A model generated the notes under the pieces. That model made no database searches, was not told the DNA's origin, and saw only the letters and a program-made list of their open reading frames with translations. This document shows positions 47,428 through 59,844 of a stretch of DNA of 64,000 nucleotides, in pieces; position 1 is the first letter of the stretch, and every line of letters starts with the position of its first letter. The position numbers were made by a program, and so were the translations under genes. Source of the DNA: Armatimonadota bacterium. Its GTDB lineage: Bacteria > Sysuimicrobiota > Sysuimicrobiia > Sysuimicrobiales > Kaftiobacteriaceae. The stretch is taken from NCBI GenBank assembly GCA_037440005.1, contig JBBIUY010000007.1, forward strand, positions 37,222 to 101,221. Reading direction: 5' to 3'.

Positions 47428-48597
47428 ATGCGGGTGGTGCCGGACGTCCCTGCAAGACATCGCGCGCGGACGGGCGAAGCTCCCGCGCGCCGCCTGTGGG
47501 CCGTGCGGTTCGTGGTCGCGCTGTGGGTGGCCGCGGCACCGCTGGCCGGCCTGGCCGCCTCCGCCGCCGCCCCGCCGGCTCCGGCGGTGGAGGTGGTCGT
47601 AGGCGGCCTGCAGATCCCCTGGGCGGCGGCGTTCGCCCCCGACGGGCGGATCTTCCTCACCGAGCGGCCGGGCCGCATCCGGGTCGTGCGGGACGGGCGG
47701 CTGGATCCGCAGCCGTGGGCGCAGCTGTCGGTGGCCCACGTGGGCGAAGGGGGACTGCTGGGGCTGGCGCTGGCGCCGGACTTTGCGCGCAGCGGCGCCC
47801 TGTATGTCTATTACACCTACCAGGACGAGGGGCGGCTGTACAACCGGGTGGTGCGCATGGTGGAGCGGGACGGGCGCGGGCAGGTGGACCGGGTGGTCCT
47901 GGACCGCATCCCCGGAGCGGCGGTGCACGACGGCGGCCGGATCCTGTTCGGCCCCGACGGGCGTCTGTACGTCACCACCGGGGACGCGCGCCAGCCCTCC
48001 CTGGCCCAGGACAGGTCGTCCCTGGCCGGCAAGATCCTGCGGATCGCTCCCGACGGCTCGATTCCCCCCGACAATCCGTTTCCCGGCTCGCCGGTGTACT
48101 CGCTGGGCCACCGCAACCCCCAGGGCCTGGCCTGGCACCCGCAGACCCGGACCATGTACGCGGCCGAGCACGGTCCGTCGGGCGACCTGGGCCTGTGCTG
48201 CCGGGACGAGGTGAACGTCATCGAGCCCGGGGCCAACTACGGGTGGCCGGAGGTATCCGGCCGCGGCGGAGCGCCGCGGTTTGCTGACCCCATCGCCGAC
48301 AGCGGGCCCGCCGACACCTGGGCGCCCTCTGGAATCGCCGTTCCCGCCCGGGGTCCGTGGGCGGGCAGCCTGCTGGTGGCCGCCCTGCGGGGCGAGCACC
48401 TGCGCCGGCTGGTGCTGGGCGGGGCGCGGATGACCCAGGTGATGGGCCAGGAGGTGTACTTCCGGGGGGAGCTGGGAAGGCTGCGGGACGTGGTCGAAGG
48501 TCCCGACGGCGCGCTGTACCTGCTCACCAGCAACACTGACGGCCGGGGCCGCCCGCGGCCCGGCGACGACCGTCTGCTGAAGGTCGTCTTCCGCTGA
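47428..48597 (+). CDS. PQQ-dependent sugar dehydrogenase (soluble aldose DH family)
   Basis: TERPGRI, GEGGLLG, HDGGRI, GKILR, GHRNPQG, EHG, NYGWP, GRLRDV. Confidence 0.92.
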   Translation: MRVVPDVPARHRARTGEAPARRLWAVRFVVALWVAAAPLAGLAASAAAPPAPAVEVVVGGLQIPWAAAFAPDGRIFLTERPGRIRVVRDGRLDPQPWAQLSVAHVGEGGLLGLALAPDFARSGALYVYYTYQDEGRLYNRVVRMVERDGRGQVDRVVLDRIPGAAVHDGGRILFGPDGRLYVTTGDARQPSLAQDRSSLAGKILRIAPDGSIPPDNPFPGSPVYSLGHRNPQGLAWHPQTRTMYAAEHGPSGDLGLCCRDEVNVIEPGANYGWPEVSGRGGAPRFADPIADSGPADTWAPSGIAVPARGPWAGSLLVAALRGEHLRRLVLGGARMTQVMGQEVYFRGELGRLRDVVEGPDGALYLLTSNTDGRGRPRPGDDRLLKVVFR

Positions 48598-48634
48598 TGG
48601 GCCCCTGCCGGGCGCTGCGGGAGGAGGTGGGGAC

Positions 48635-49198
48635 GTGAGCCGGCGGGTGGCCGCCGTGGCGGCGTGGTTGGTCCTGGCCGGTGCGAGCCTGCAGGTTCCC
48701 GGCGCAGCGCAGCAGAGCGGCTGCGTCCCCGGCCGGCTGACTCCGCCGGCGGCCGAGGGCCCCTACTACAAGCCGGGATCCCCCCGCCGCACCTCGCTGG
48801 TGGAGCCGGGGATGCCGGGAGTGCGCCTGCACCTGTCGGGGCGGGTGTTCACCCAGGCGTGCCGGCCGGTCCCCGGCGCGTCGCTGGACTTCTGGCAGGC
48901 CGACGCCGCAGGCCAGTACGACCTGGTGGGTTACCGCCTGCGGGGCCGCCAGTTTGCCGACCAGGAGGGGCGGTACGCCCTGCAGACCGTGATGCCCGGC
49001 GGATACGGGTCCCGCACCCCGCACATCCACGTGAAGGTGCGCGCGGGTGCAGGCCCGACCCTCACGACTCAGCTGTACTTCCCCGCGCAGCCCCGCAACC
49101 AGCAGGATCCCCTGTTCCGTCCGGAACTGGTGGTGTCGCTGCGCGAGGGCGTAGACGGGGTGACGGGGGCGTTCGACTTCGTCCTCGACGCGGACTGA
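48635..49198 (+). CDS. Secreted intradiol-dioxygenase-like protein
   Basis: Signal peptide, EGPYY, WQADAAGQY, PGGY, RTPHIH, TTQLYF. Confidence 0.88.
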   Translation: MSRRVAAVAAWLVLAGASLQVPGAAQQSGCVPGRLTPPAAEGPYYKPGSPRRTSLVEPGMPGVRLHLSGRVFTQACRPVPGASLDFWQADAAGQYDLVGYRLRGRQFADQEGRYALQTVMPGGYGSRTPHIHVKVRAGAGPTLTTQLYFPAQPRNQQDPLFRPELVVSLREGVDGVTGAFDFVLDAD

Positions 49199-49304
49199 CC
49201 CGACCGTCGGAGCCGCGGTTCACGGGTTCTTCACATCGTCCCCCCACCATCTGCCCTGGGCCGCGCGCACTGAAGAGCGCACGGAGGCGGCCCGGAGGTT
49301 GGTG

Positions 49305-49958
49305 ATGCGGGGGAGACACCCGACGATGCCGGCGCGCGTCTGCGCGACGGTGGTCCTGGGATCCTTCCTGCTGTTCGGCGGGGGCGTGGCGGGCAGCGTG
49401 GCGGCTCCCGGGGCCGTCCAGCGCTTCGTGGTCGTGCCCGGGGAGTCCCAGGCCGTCTACCGGGTCGGCGAGACGCTGTTCCGGGAGGGCAACCGGTTCA
49501 ACCTCGCCGTGGGGGTGACGACCGCGGTGCGGGGCGAGATCCTCATAGACCGCGCCGTCCCCGCCAACAGCCGGGTGGGGCCCATCCAGGTGGACATCAG
49601 CCAGTTCCGGTCCGACAGTCCGCGCCGGGACGCCGCCATCCGGGAACGGTGGCTGGAGTCGGCCCGGTTTCCGCTCGCCGAGTTTACGTCCACCCGGATC
49701 GACGGCCTGCCGGCGCGGTACGAGGAGGGCCGGGAGGTGTCCGGGCGCATCACCGGCGACCTGAAGATCCGGGACGTGGTCCGGCCGGTCACGTTTGCGG
49801 CCACCGTGCGCCTGGCGGGGCAGGAACTGCGGGCGACGGCCACCACCCGGATCCGGATGACCGACTTCGGGTTCGAGCCCCCGTCCATCTTCGGCGTGCT
49901 GCGGGCCGAAAACGAGGTGGACGTGGAGGTGCGCCTGGTCGCCCGGCCGGCGCCGTAG
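49305..49958 (+). CDS. YceI family lipid/polyisoprenoid-binding protein
   Basis: Signal peptide, SDSPRRD, FPLAEF, GDLKIRDVVRPVTF, MTDFG. Confidence 0.88.
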   Translation: MRGRHPTMPARVCATVVLGSFLLFGGGVAGSVAAPGAVQRFVVVPGESQAVYRVGETLFREGNRFNLAVGVTTAVRGEILIDRAVPANSRVGPIQVDISQFRSDSPRRDAAIRERWLESARFPLAEFTSTRIDGLPARYEEGREVSGRITGDLKIRDVVRPVTFAATVRLAGQELRATATTRIRMTDFGFEPPSIFGVLRAENEVDVEVRLVARPAP

Positions 49959-50007
49959 CCGGCGCGGGCGGGGCGCGCCCAGGCCACAAGCGCTGGCGGT
50001 GAGAGCA

Positions 50008-50979
50008 ATGGGTGTGCGACGGCAGGGAGGACGCCCGCGGTCGTGGGCCCTGGCGGCGGCCGGCATCCTGCTGGTCGTGGCGGGGTTGGCCCTGGGGCTG
50101 CCGGCCGCCGGTGTGCTCGATCCCCGGGCGGTCCTGGCCCAGGTGGCGCCGGCGATCGCGGTGGTGCGGGCGACGGTGGACGGGCGCCCGGCCACCGGCA
50201 GCGCCTTCGTGATCGACCGGGACGGCTGGCTGCTGACCGCCGCCCACGTGGTCCGCCGCGCCACCGGCATCCGCGTGGAGCTGCCGGGCCGGGCCCCGCT
50301 GGACGCGCGCCTGGTGGGCTACGACGCCACCAGGGACCTGGCCCTGCTGCGGGTGCAGCCTCCCGCTGCGCTGCCCGTCCTGGTCCTCTCCGGCGCGCCC
50401 CCGCGGGTCGGCGATCCCGTGATCGCCGTCATGCCACATGACCGGAGGGACGGGGCGCGGGCCGGAGAGGTGCTGACCACGGGCGTCAGCGTGCCCGGGC
50501 TGGCCCGCGGCGCCTTCCTGCGGGTGAGCATCCCGGCGCGGCCGGGAATGTCCGGCGGGCCGCTGCTCACTGCCCGGGCGGAGGTCGTGGGGGTGGTGGT
50601 CGCCTTCTCGGTGGACGCGGAGGGCCGCCGGGGCGGGCTGGCGGTGTCGGTGACGGCGGTGCGGGAGGTCCTCCCGGCGCTGCGCGGGGGCGCCCGGGTG
50701 GAGCGGGCATGGCTGGGCGTCGCCGGCGGCCCGGACGCCCGCGGCACCCCCGCGGGGGAGGGGGCGCGGATCCGTCAGGTCCTGCCCGGCACCCCCGCGG
50801 CGTCAGGAGGCCTGCAGCCCGGGGATGTGATCGTGGAGGTGGACGGGGTGCCCGTCCGGTCGTGGGACGACCTGCTGGTGGTGGTGGGCGACCGGCGTCC
50901 CGGCCAGCGGGTGCGCGTGGTGATCCTCCGGGACGGCAGACGCCTGGAACTGGCGGTGACCCTGGGCGTCCGTCCCTGA
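50008..50979 (+). CDS. HtrA-like S1C serine protease with PDZ domain
   Basis: TAAHVV, RDLALL, GMSGGP, AWLGV, GLQPGDVI. Confidence 0.9.
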   Translation: MGVRRQGGRPRSWALAAAGILLVVAGLALGLPAAGVLDPRAVLAQVAPAIAVVRATVDGRPATGSAFVIDRDGWLLTAAHVVRRATGIRVELPGRAPLDARLVGYDATRDLALLRVQPPAALPVLVLSGAPPRVGDPVIAVMPHDRRDGARAGEVLTTGVSVPGLARGAFLRVSIPARPGMSGGPLLTARAEVVGVVVAFSVDAEGRRGGLAVSVTAVREVLPALRGGARVERAWLGVAGGPDARGTPAGEGARIRQVLPGTPAASGGLQPGDVIVEVDGVPVRSWDDLLVVVGDRRPGQRVRVVILRDGRRLELAVTLGVRP

Positions 50980-51066
50980 CGCGCCCGGGGCCGGCCCGGA
51001 CGCCGGGTCCCCGCCGTCCTGGCGGGGCGCCGCGCCCGGTGGTATGGTGATGTCGCCGGCGGAGGT

Positions 51067-51750
51067 ATGGCCACGATCCTGGTGGTGGAGGACGAGGCGG
51101 AGATTGCGGCCCTGCTGCGCTCGTACCTCGAGCGCGACGGCCACCGGGTGCTGGCGGCATCCGACGGTGAGGCGGCGCTGACCCACATCGAGCACGGCTC
51201 GGTGGACCTGGTGGTCCTGGACATCATGCTGCCCCGCCTGGACGGGTGGGAGGTCCTGCGTCGCCTGCGGGCTGTCGCCCCCATCCCGGTCATCATGCTG
51301 ACGGCCCGGGACCAGGAGGAGGACAAGGTCCGGGGCCTGGAGCTGGGGGCCGACGACTACGTGACCAAGCCCTTCAGTCCCCGGGAGGTGGCCGCGCGGG
51401 TACGGGCCGTGCTGCGCCGCAACCGCCACGAGGGGCGCGACGTGCTGCAGGTGGGCGAGCTGACCATCGACTTCCGCGCCCGGGAGGTCCGTCGCCAGGG
51501 CGACGTGGTGCGCCTCACGCCCACCGAGTGGAGGCTGCTGGAGGTCCTGGCCGGCCACCCGGGGCGGGTCTTCACCCGCCTGCAGCTCATCGACCGCGTG
51601 TACGGCTACACCTTCGAAGGGTTCGAGAGGACCATCGACGCCCACATCAAGAACCTGCGCCAGAAGATCGAGCCCGCCTCCCGGGAGCCCCGCTACATCC
51701 TCACCGTGTACGGGGCCGGGTACAAGTTCGCCTCCCCCGCCCATGGATAG
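51067..51750 (+). CDS. OmpR-family response regulator
   Basis: VEDE, LDIMLP, GADDYVTKPF, RTIDAHIKNLR, TVYGAGY. Confidence 0.95.
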   Translation: MATILVVEDEAEIAALLRSYLERDGHRVLAASDGEAALTHIEHGSVDLVVLDIMLPRLDGWEVLRRLRAVAPIPVIMLTARDQEEDKVRGLELGADDYVTKPFSPREVAARVRAVLRRNRHEGRDVLQVGELTIDFRAREVRRQGDVVRLTPTEWRLLEVLAGHPGRVFTRLQLIDRVYGYTFEGFERTIDAHIKNLRQKIEPASREPRYILTVYGAGYKFASPAHG

Positions 51751-52918
51751 CCCGGTGCGCCGTTCCCCGTCGCTGCAGGTGCAGCTGGCCCTGGCCTTTG
51801 CGGCCGTGGCGCTGCTCTCGGTGGCGGTGGTGGCGTTCTGGGCGCGGCAGATCACCGCCCTGCAGATCGCCGCCTACCACGAGCGCATCCGCCGGGGCGA
51901 GGTGTCCTGGCTGCTGGACCAGCCGCCGCCCGTGCGGGAGGGTTTCGTGCGGGGAGTCAAGCCCGCCCTGTTCGCCGCCTCCCAGCGGGTGTTCCTGGCC
52001 AACTTCAACCGGTCCCTGTGGCTGGCGGGGGGAACGGCCGGCCTGCTGGCGGTGGTGGCGGGGGTGGTCCTGGCGCGGCGCCTGTCCCGCCCCCTGCGGG
52101 ACCTGCACGACGCCGTGGTGGCGGTGGCCGCCGGCCACCTGGACCGGGAGCTGCGCCTGCAGGGCGGCGGCGAGCTGGAGGACGTGGCGGGGGCGTTCAA
52201 CCAGATGGCCCGCCGGCTGCGGGAAAGCGAGCGGCAGCGCCGCGAGCTGCTGGCGGCCATCGCCCATGAGTTGCGCACGCCCCTGGCCATCATCGAAGGG
52301 AATCTGGAGGCCATCCTGGACGGGGTGCGGGAGCCCACTCCCGACCTGGTGGCCGTCCTGCACACCCAGAGCGCCCTGCTCAACCAGCTGATCACCGACC
52401 TGCGGGACCTGACCCTGGCCGACGCGGGGCGGCTCCACCTGCACCGCCGCCCGGTGGACCTGGCCGGGCTGTGCCGGGAGTCGGCGGAGGCGCTGAGCCT
52501 GTGGGCCGCCGAGCGCCAGGTGCAGGTCCAGGTGCAGAGCCGGGGCGACACCACCGCCGAGGTGGACCCGGCGCGGATGAGGCAGGTGGTGCAGAACCTG
52601 CTGCACAACGCCGTGCGGTTCACTCCCCCCGGAGGCCAGGTGACGGTGACCGTGGCGGAGTCCGCACGGGGGGAGCGGCGGTGGGTGACGCTGGTGGTGG
52701 ACGACGAGGGGCCGGGCATTCCTCCCGCCGACCTGGACCACGTCTTTGAGCCCTTCTACCGGGCCGACCCGTCCCGCTCCCGCGCCACCGGCGGCAGCGG
52801 GCTGGGGCTGGCCGTGGTGAAGCGGCTGGTGGAGGTCCACGGCGGGGAGGCGTCCGTGGAGAACCGGCCGGGCGGGGGCAGCCGTTTCACCGTGCGGCTT
52901 CCCGCCCAGTCATCCTGA
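51743..52918 (+). CDS. HAMP sensor histidine kinase (BaeS-like)
   Basis: Two TMs, AHELRTPL, NLLHNA, DEGPGI, FEPFYRAD, GSGLGL. Confidence 0.95.
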   Translation: MDSPVRRSPSLQVQLALAFAAVALLSVAVVAFWARQITALQIAAYHERIRRGEVSWLLDQPPPVREGFVRGVKPALFAASQRVFLANFNRSLWLAGGTAGLLAVVAGVVLARRLSRPLRDLHDAVVAVAAGHLDRELRLQGGGELEDVAGAFNQMARRLRESERQRRELLAAIAHELRTPLAIIEGNLEAILDGVREPTPDLVAVLHTQSALLNQLITDLRDLTLADAGRLHLHRRPVDLAGLCRESAEALSLWAAERQVQVQVQSRGDTTAEVDPARMRQVVQNLLHNAVRFTPPGGQVTVTVAESARGERRWVTLVVDDEGPGIPPADLDHVFEPFYRADPSRSRATGGSGLGLAVVKRLVEVHGGEASVENRPGGGSRFTVRLPAQSS

Positions 52919-53003
52919 GGGCGCCTCCGATCGGCGGTCGCGGGCGGAGCAGCCCGCGCCCGCCGCGGTGCGTGGAGGAGGCCGGACGGAGGGGAGGGAC
53001 GCG

Positions 53004-54272
53004 GTGAGGCGCACGGGCGTGCGCGTGGCGGGCGCCGCGGTGGTGGTGGCGCTGGCGGCGGCGGGGGCGAGAGCGCAGCCGGCGGTGTCGCTGCCGGCCG
53101 CGGTGGAGACGGCGGTGGCCCGGCATCCCGCGGTGGCCGCCGCCCGGCAGGCGCTGGAGGCGGCCCGGGCGCGGCTGGATCAGGTGCGGGCCGGCCGCGC
53201 TCTTCAGGTGGCTGTGGTGGTGCAGTCCGCCTACGGGACCACCGCCGTGGCCCCCGGCGCGCCGGCCTGGACCACCACGGGCGAGGTGCAGGCGTCGGTG
53301 GACCTGGTCAACCTGCTGGCCCGCTATCAGGTGGAGCAGGCCGAGGCCACGGTGCGCGCGGCCGAGGCGGCGCTGGCGCAAGCCCGTCAGGACACCGCCC
53401 TGGCGGCCGCCCAGGCGTACTTCGCCGTCCTGCGGGCCCAGGCGGTGGTGACCGCCCGGGAAGCCGCGGTGGCGCGCGCCGACGCCCAGGTGCGCCAGGC
53501 CGAGGCCCAGGTGCGGGCCGGCGTCGCCGCCCGGGCCGACGTCCTGCAGGCGCAGGCCGCGCTGGCGGCGGCGCAGGTGGACCTGATCGCCGCCCGCAAC
53601 CAGGTGGAGACGGCACTGGCCGAGCTGCGGTCGGCCCTGGGACTGCCCCTCACCGAGCCGCTGGACGTCGCGCCGGGGCAGCCCGTCCCGGTCCCCGTCC
53701 TCAGCCGCGAGGAGGCCCTGGCGCGCTCCGCCGACCGGCCCGACGTCCGCCGGGCCGCCTTTGACGTGGACGCGGCCCGCGCCGCGCTGGCTCTGGCCGA
53801 GGTCCAGGCGGGCCCGGTCCTTCGGGTGGCGGCCACCTCCGCCGCCGACGTCCTGACCGGCGGCCCGGTCACCTGGCAGGTGGCGGCCACCGTCTCCTAT
53901 CCCGTCCTGGACGGCGGGCGGGCGCAGGCGGCCGTGGCCGAGGCGCGGGCCAACCTGGCGGCGGCCCAGGCGCGACTGGCCCAGGTCCGTCAGGCCGCCC
54001 AGCTGGAGGCGCTCACGGCGTGGGTGGCACTGGCCGATGCCCGGGCGCGGGTGGACGCGGCCCGTGCCAGCGAGGCCGCGGCCGCCGAGGCCCTGCGGGC
54101 GGCCGAGGGCCGCTATCAGGCGGGGGTGGGGACGATCGTGGAGGTTCTGACGGCCCGCGCGGCGCTCCAGTCCGCCGTGCTGGCGCGCATCCAGGCCGAG
54201 TTCGACGTGCAGGCCGCCGCCGTGCGCCTGCGCTATGCCGTCGGACAACCGGTGGTGGGAGGCGAACGATGA
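53004..54272 (+). CDS. TolC family outer membrane efflux protein
   Basis: Signal peptide, [31 protein letters not shown]. Confidence 0.88.
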   Translation: MRRTGVRVAGAAVVVALAAAGARAQPAVSLPAAVETAVARHPAVAAARQALEAARARLDQVRAGRALQVAVVVQSAYGTTAVAPGAPAWTTTGEVQASVDLVNLLARYQVEQAEATVRAAEAALAQARQDTALAAAQAYFAVLRAQAVVTAREAAVARADAQVRQAEAQVRAGVAARADVLQAQAALAAAQVDLIAARNQVETALAELRSALGLPLTEPLDVAPGQPVPVPVLSREEALARSADRPDVRRAAFDVDAARAALALAEVQAGPVLRVAATSAADVLTGGPVTWQVAATVSYPVLDGGRAQAAVAEARANLAAAQARLAQVRQAAQLEALTAWVALADARARVDAARASEAAAAEALRAAEGRYQAGVGTIVEVLTARAALQSAVLARIQAEFDVQAAAVRLRYAVGQPVVGGER

Positions 54273-55584
54273 GGCGGTGGTGGGTGGTGCTGGTGGCGGC
54301 CGTGCTGCTGGCGGTGGCCGGGCTGGCCGTGGCCCAGAGGCGCAACGACCAGGTCCGCACCCCGCCGATGCGGACGGCGCCGGTGAGCCGGGGAACGGTG
54401 ACGGTGACCGTGACCGGGACCGGGACGGTGGAGCCGGCGGCGCTGGTGGAGGTGCGCTCCCGGGCCACGGGGCGGGTCACCCGGGTGGCGGTGGACGAGG
54501 GTCAGTCGGTGCGCCGCGGGCAGGTCCTGGTGGAGCTGGACGACCCCGACGCCCGCGCGGCGGTGGAGGCGGCGCGGGCGGCGGTCCAGTCGGCGGTGGC
54601 GGCCGAGGCGTCGGCCCGGGCGCGGCTGGCGCAGCTGCGCGCCGGCCCGTCAGCCGCCGAGATCGCGCAGGCCGAAGAAGCCGTAGCCCAGGCCGAGGCG
54701 AACCTGGCCCGGGCGCAGGACACGCTGGCGCGGCAGGAGAGGCTGCTCCTGGACGGGTACGTGGCCCAGGCGGTGGTGGACCAGGCCCGGTCGGAGGTGG
54801 AGATCGCCGCCTCCCAACTCCGGGCGGCCCGGGCGCGCCTCCAGGACCTGCGGGCGACGCCCCGCCCGGAGGACGTGGCGCAGGCCGAGGCGGCGGTGCG
54901 GCAGGCCGCCGCCCAGGTGCAGCAGGCGCGGGCGGCTCTGCGCCAGGCGCAGGAGCGCCTGGGCGAGACCCGCATCACCGCGCCCATCGACGGCGTGGTG
55001 GTGCAGAAGGCGGTGGACGTCGGCCAGACGGTGATCGGGGGCGGCGGGGTGGGCGGGACGCTCGTCATCGTCCTGGCCCGGGTGGACCCCCTGTACGCCA
55101 CGGTGTACGTGGACGAGTCCGACATCGCCGGCATCCGTCCCGGCATGCCGGTCGTCCTGACCGCCGACGCGCTGCCCGAGGAGGCGGTCCGCGGGCGGGT
55201 GGTCCGGATCGCCGCCCGGGCGGTGGTGAACCAGAACGTCACCCAGTTTGCGGTGAAGGTGATGCTAGAGAACCCGCCTCCGGCCCTGCGGCTGGGCATG
55301 ACCGTGGACGCCGAGTTCGTGGTGGCCCGGGCCACCGGCGTGCTGGTGGTGCCCCAGGAGGCGGTGCGCGGGGCCACCGTGACCGTCGTCCGCCAGGGGC
55401 GGCTGGAACCCCGCCGGGTCCGCACGGGCCTGTCCGACGGCCGCCTGGTGGAGGTCCGGGAGGGGCTGGCCGAGGGCGAGGTGGTGTTCCTGGGCTACGG
55501 CCGCCCGCAGTCCTCCGAGGTGCAGGGGCGGTCGCCGTTCACCCTGCAGTTCGGTCCCCGGCCGGGCGGAGGGGGAAGCCGGCG

Positions 55585-55588
<4 letters not shown>
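54269..55588 (+). CDS. MacA-like periplasmic adaptor (membrane fusion protein)
   Basis: [20 protein letters not shown], coiled coil, [15 protein letters not shown]. Confidence 0.9.
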
Positions 55589-56288
<700 letters not shown>

Positions 56289-56307
<19 letters not shown>

Positions 56308-57512
56308 AGGTGGCCCTGCGGGCGATCCGGGCCAACGCCCTGCGCAGCGCCCTGACGGCCCTGGGCGTGATCATCGGCGTGGCCGCGGTGGTGGCCATGC
56401 TGGCCCTGGGGGCCGGCGCCCGGGTCGCCGTGGCCCGGCAGGTGCAGGCCCTGGGCAGCAACCTGCTGGTGGTCTTTCCCGGCAGCGTGGGGTTCGGCGG
56501 CGTGCAGCAGGGGCTGGGGGCCGGCCAGACGCTGACCTGGGAGGACGCCCTGGCCATCCAGGAGCAGGTGCCCGAAGTCGAAGCGGTGACCGCCGAGTTC
56601 GGCCGCACCGCCCAGGTGGTGGCCGGCGCCGCCAACACCGCCACCCAGGTGATCGGCGTCACCCCCTCCTACCAGGTCGTGCGCAACCACTACGTGGTCC
56701 GCGGGGCGTTCTTCACCGACGAGGACATGCGCACCCGGGCCCGGGTGGCGGTGCTGGGGCCCAACGTGGTGGAGACGCTGTTCGGCTCCGCCGACGCCGA
56801 CCCGGTGGGCAGCCGGATCCGCATCAACCGCGTGCCGTTCACCGTCGTCGGCGTCCTGGAGGTCAAGGGGGCCGTGCCCGGTCCGGGGGGCAGCCGCGAC
56901 GACGTGGTCCTGGTCCCCCTGTCCACGGCCCAGAAGCGGCTGTTCGGGGTCAGCCACGTGCGCCAGATCTACGTCAAGGTGCGCAGCGCGGAGGAGATGA
57001 CCGCCGCCCAGGCGCGGGTGGAAGAGGTGCTGCGGGCGCGCCACCGCATCCGGCCGGGGGAGGACGGCGACTTCCGGATCTTCAACCAGGCGGACATCCT
57101 GGGCGCCCTGGAGGGGGTGAGCCGGACCATGACCCTGCTGCTGGGCGGGATCGCCGCCGTCTCCCTGCTGGTGGGCGGCATCGGCATCATGAACATCATG
57201 CTGGTGTCGGTCACCGAGCGCACCCGGGAGATCGGCCTGCGCAAGGCGGTGGGCGCCACCCGGGCCGACATCCTGCTGCAGTTCCTGGTGGAGGCGGTGC
57301 TGCTTGCGGCGGGCGGCGGGGTGCTGGGGCTGGCGCTGGGGGTGGGCGGGGCGCGGCTGCTGACCCGGGTGTTCGGGTGGGCGACGGTCCTGTCCCCCGG
57401 GGGCGTTCTGCTGGCGCTGGGATTCGCGGTGGCCGTGGGTGTGTTCTTCGGGTACTATCCCGCGCGGCGGGCCGCCTCCCTGGACCCGATCGTGGCGTTG
57501 CGGTATGAATGA
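56289..57512 (+). CDS. MacB-type ABC permease
   Basis: [44 protein letters not shown]. Confidence 0.93.
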
Positions 57513-57520
57513 GGTCTGAG

Positions 57521-58494
<974 letters not shown>

Positions 58495-58495
<1 letters not shown>

Positions 58496-59325
58496 TGGAG
58501 CTCGCCCGCAGGGATCCCGACGGGGCGGAGATCGGCACCTGGCGCCACGAGCTGCGGGCGGTGTACGCGGTGTGGCTGCGGGAGGTCATCCGCTTCACCG
58601 CCGAGCGGGTCCGCCTGGTGGGCGCGCTGGGTCAGCCCCTGATCTACCTGGTGGTGATGGGGACGGGGGTGGGGGCCACCTTTCGGGCGGCGGCCGCGCC
58701 GGCGGGGTTCGACTACCGGTCCTTCATCTTCCCGGGGGTGCTGGGGATGACGGTCCTGTTCACGGCCCTGTTCTCCGCCGTCTCGGTGATCTGGGACCGA
58801 GAGTTCGGCTTCCTCAAGGAGATCCTGGTGGCCCCGGTCTCCCGGACCAGCATCGTCCTGGGCAAGGCCCTGGGAGGCGCCACGGTGGCGTGGGCCCAGG
58901 GGACGCTGCTGCTGGCTTTGGCGCCTCTGGTGGGCATCGGGCTGGACGTGGGCCAGCTCCTGCGCCTGTGGGTGGTCATGTTCGTGATGGCGTTCGCGCT
59001 GACCAGCCTGGGGCTGGCCATCGCGGCCCGGATGACCAGCATGGAGGCCTTCCAGGTGGTGATGAACTTCCTGGTGGTGCCCATGTGGCTGCTGTCGGGG
59101 GCCTTCTTCCCCCTGCGGGGCGTGCCCGGGTGGATGGGGGCGCTGATGCGGGTCAACCCTCTCACCTACGGGGTGGACGCCCTGCGGGGCGTGCTGTACG
59201 AGGGCTCGTCCCTGGCGGCGGTCCTCGTGGCCCACCCGTATGGGGCCGACCTGACGGTGGTCGCGGGGGCGGCGGCCGTCGCCTGCACGGCGGCGCTGGC
59301 GGCCTTCCGGCCGTCGGAGGCGTGA
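58495..59325 (+). CDS. ABC-2 type (DrrB-like) permease
   Basis: WDREFGFLKEILVAP, LSGAFFP, NPLTYGVD. Confidence 0.92.
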
Positions 59326-59406
59326 CCCCGTCCCTACCAGGCGGGGGAGGACCGGCGGCCCCGGGCGGACAATGATGTGTATGGATCACACCGTAAGGAG
59401 GAACCG

Positions 59407-59664
59407 ATGGCCGACAAGCTCCACGTGGTGATCGAGTACTGCGCCGAGTGAGGGTACCAGGGACACGCCGCCCGTGTGGCGGAGGAGATTCTCACCGCTC
59501 ACTGGGAGAGGATCAGCCGGCTGGAGATGGTCCCGTTCACCGACGGTCGGTTCGTGGTGAAGGTGGACGGCCGGCAGGTGTTCAGCAAGGGCGAGACCGG
59601 GCGCTTCCCCGACAAGGGCGAGGCGGCGAAGCTCTTGTCTGGAGCGCGCGAGACCCGCAGATGA
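59407..59664 (+). CDS. Rdx/SelW-family selenoprotein (CxxU), 85 aa, in-frame TGA at 59449-59451
   Basis: RBS AAGGAGG. MADKLHVVIEYCAE-U-GYQGHAARVAEEIL...GRFVVKVDGRQVFSKGETGRFP. Confidence 0.88.
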
Positions 59665-59777
59665 CAGCCGGGACAGAGGGCGGGGCGGTCTACGTCAACG
59701 TTCACTCGGTCCGGTTCCCGGGGGGAGAGATCCGAGGGCAGATCCGCGGGCTGAACTTCCCCACCACCGGTCCGTAG
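59661..59777 (+). pseudogene. 38-aa C-terminal CHRD-domain fragment (remnant or microprotein)
   Basis: YVNVHSVRFPGGEIRGQI. ATGA overlap with the selenoprotein stop. Confidence 0.6.
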
Positions 59778-59844
59778 CCGCTGCCTGCACGCGCGGCGCC
59801 GCCGGAAAGGGACAGACCCCTCGGGTGCGAAAGAGGGAGGGGCA

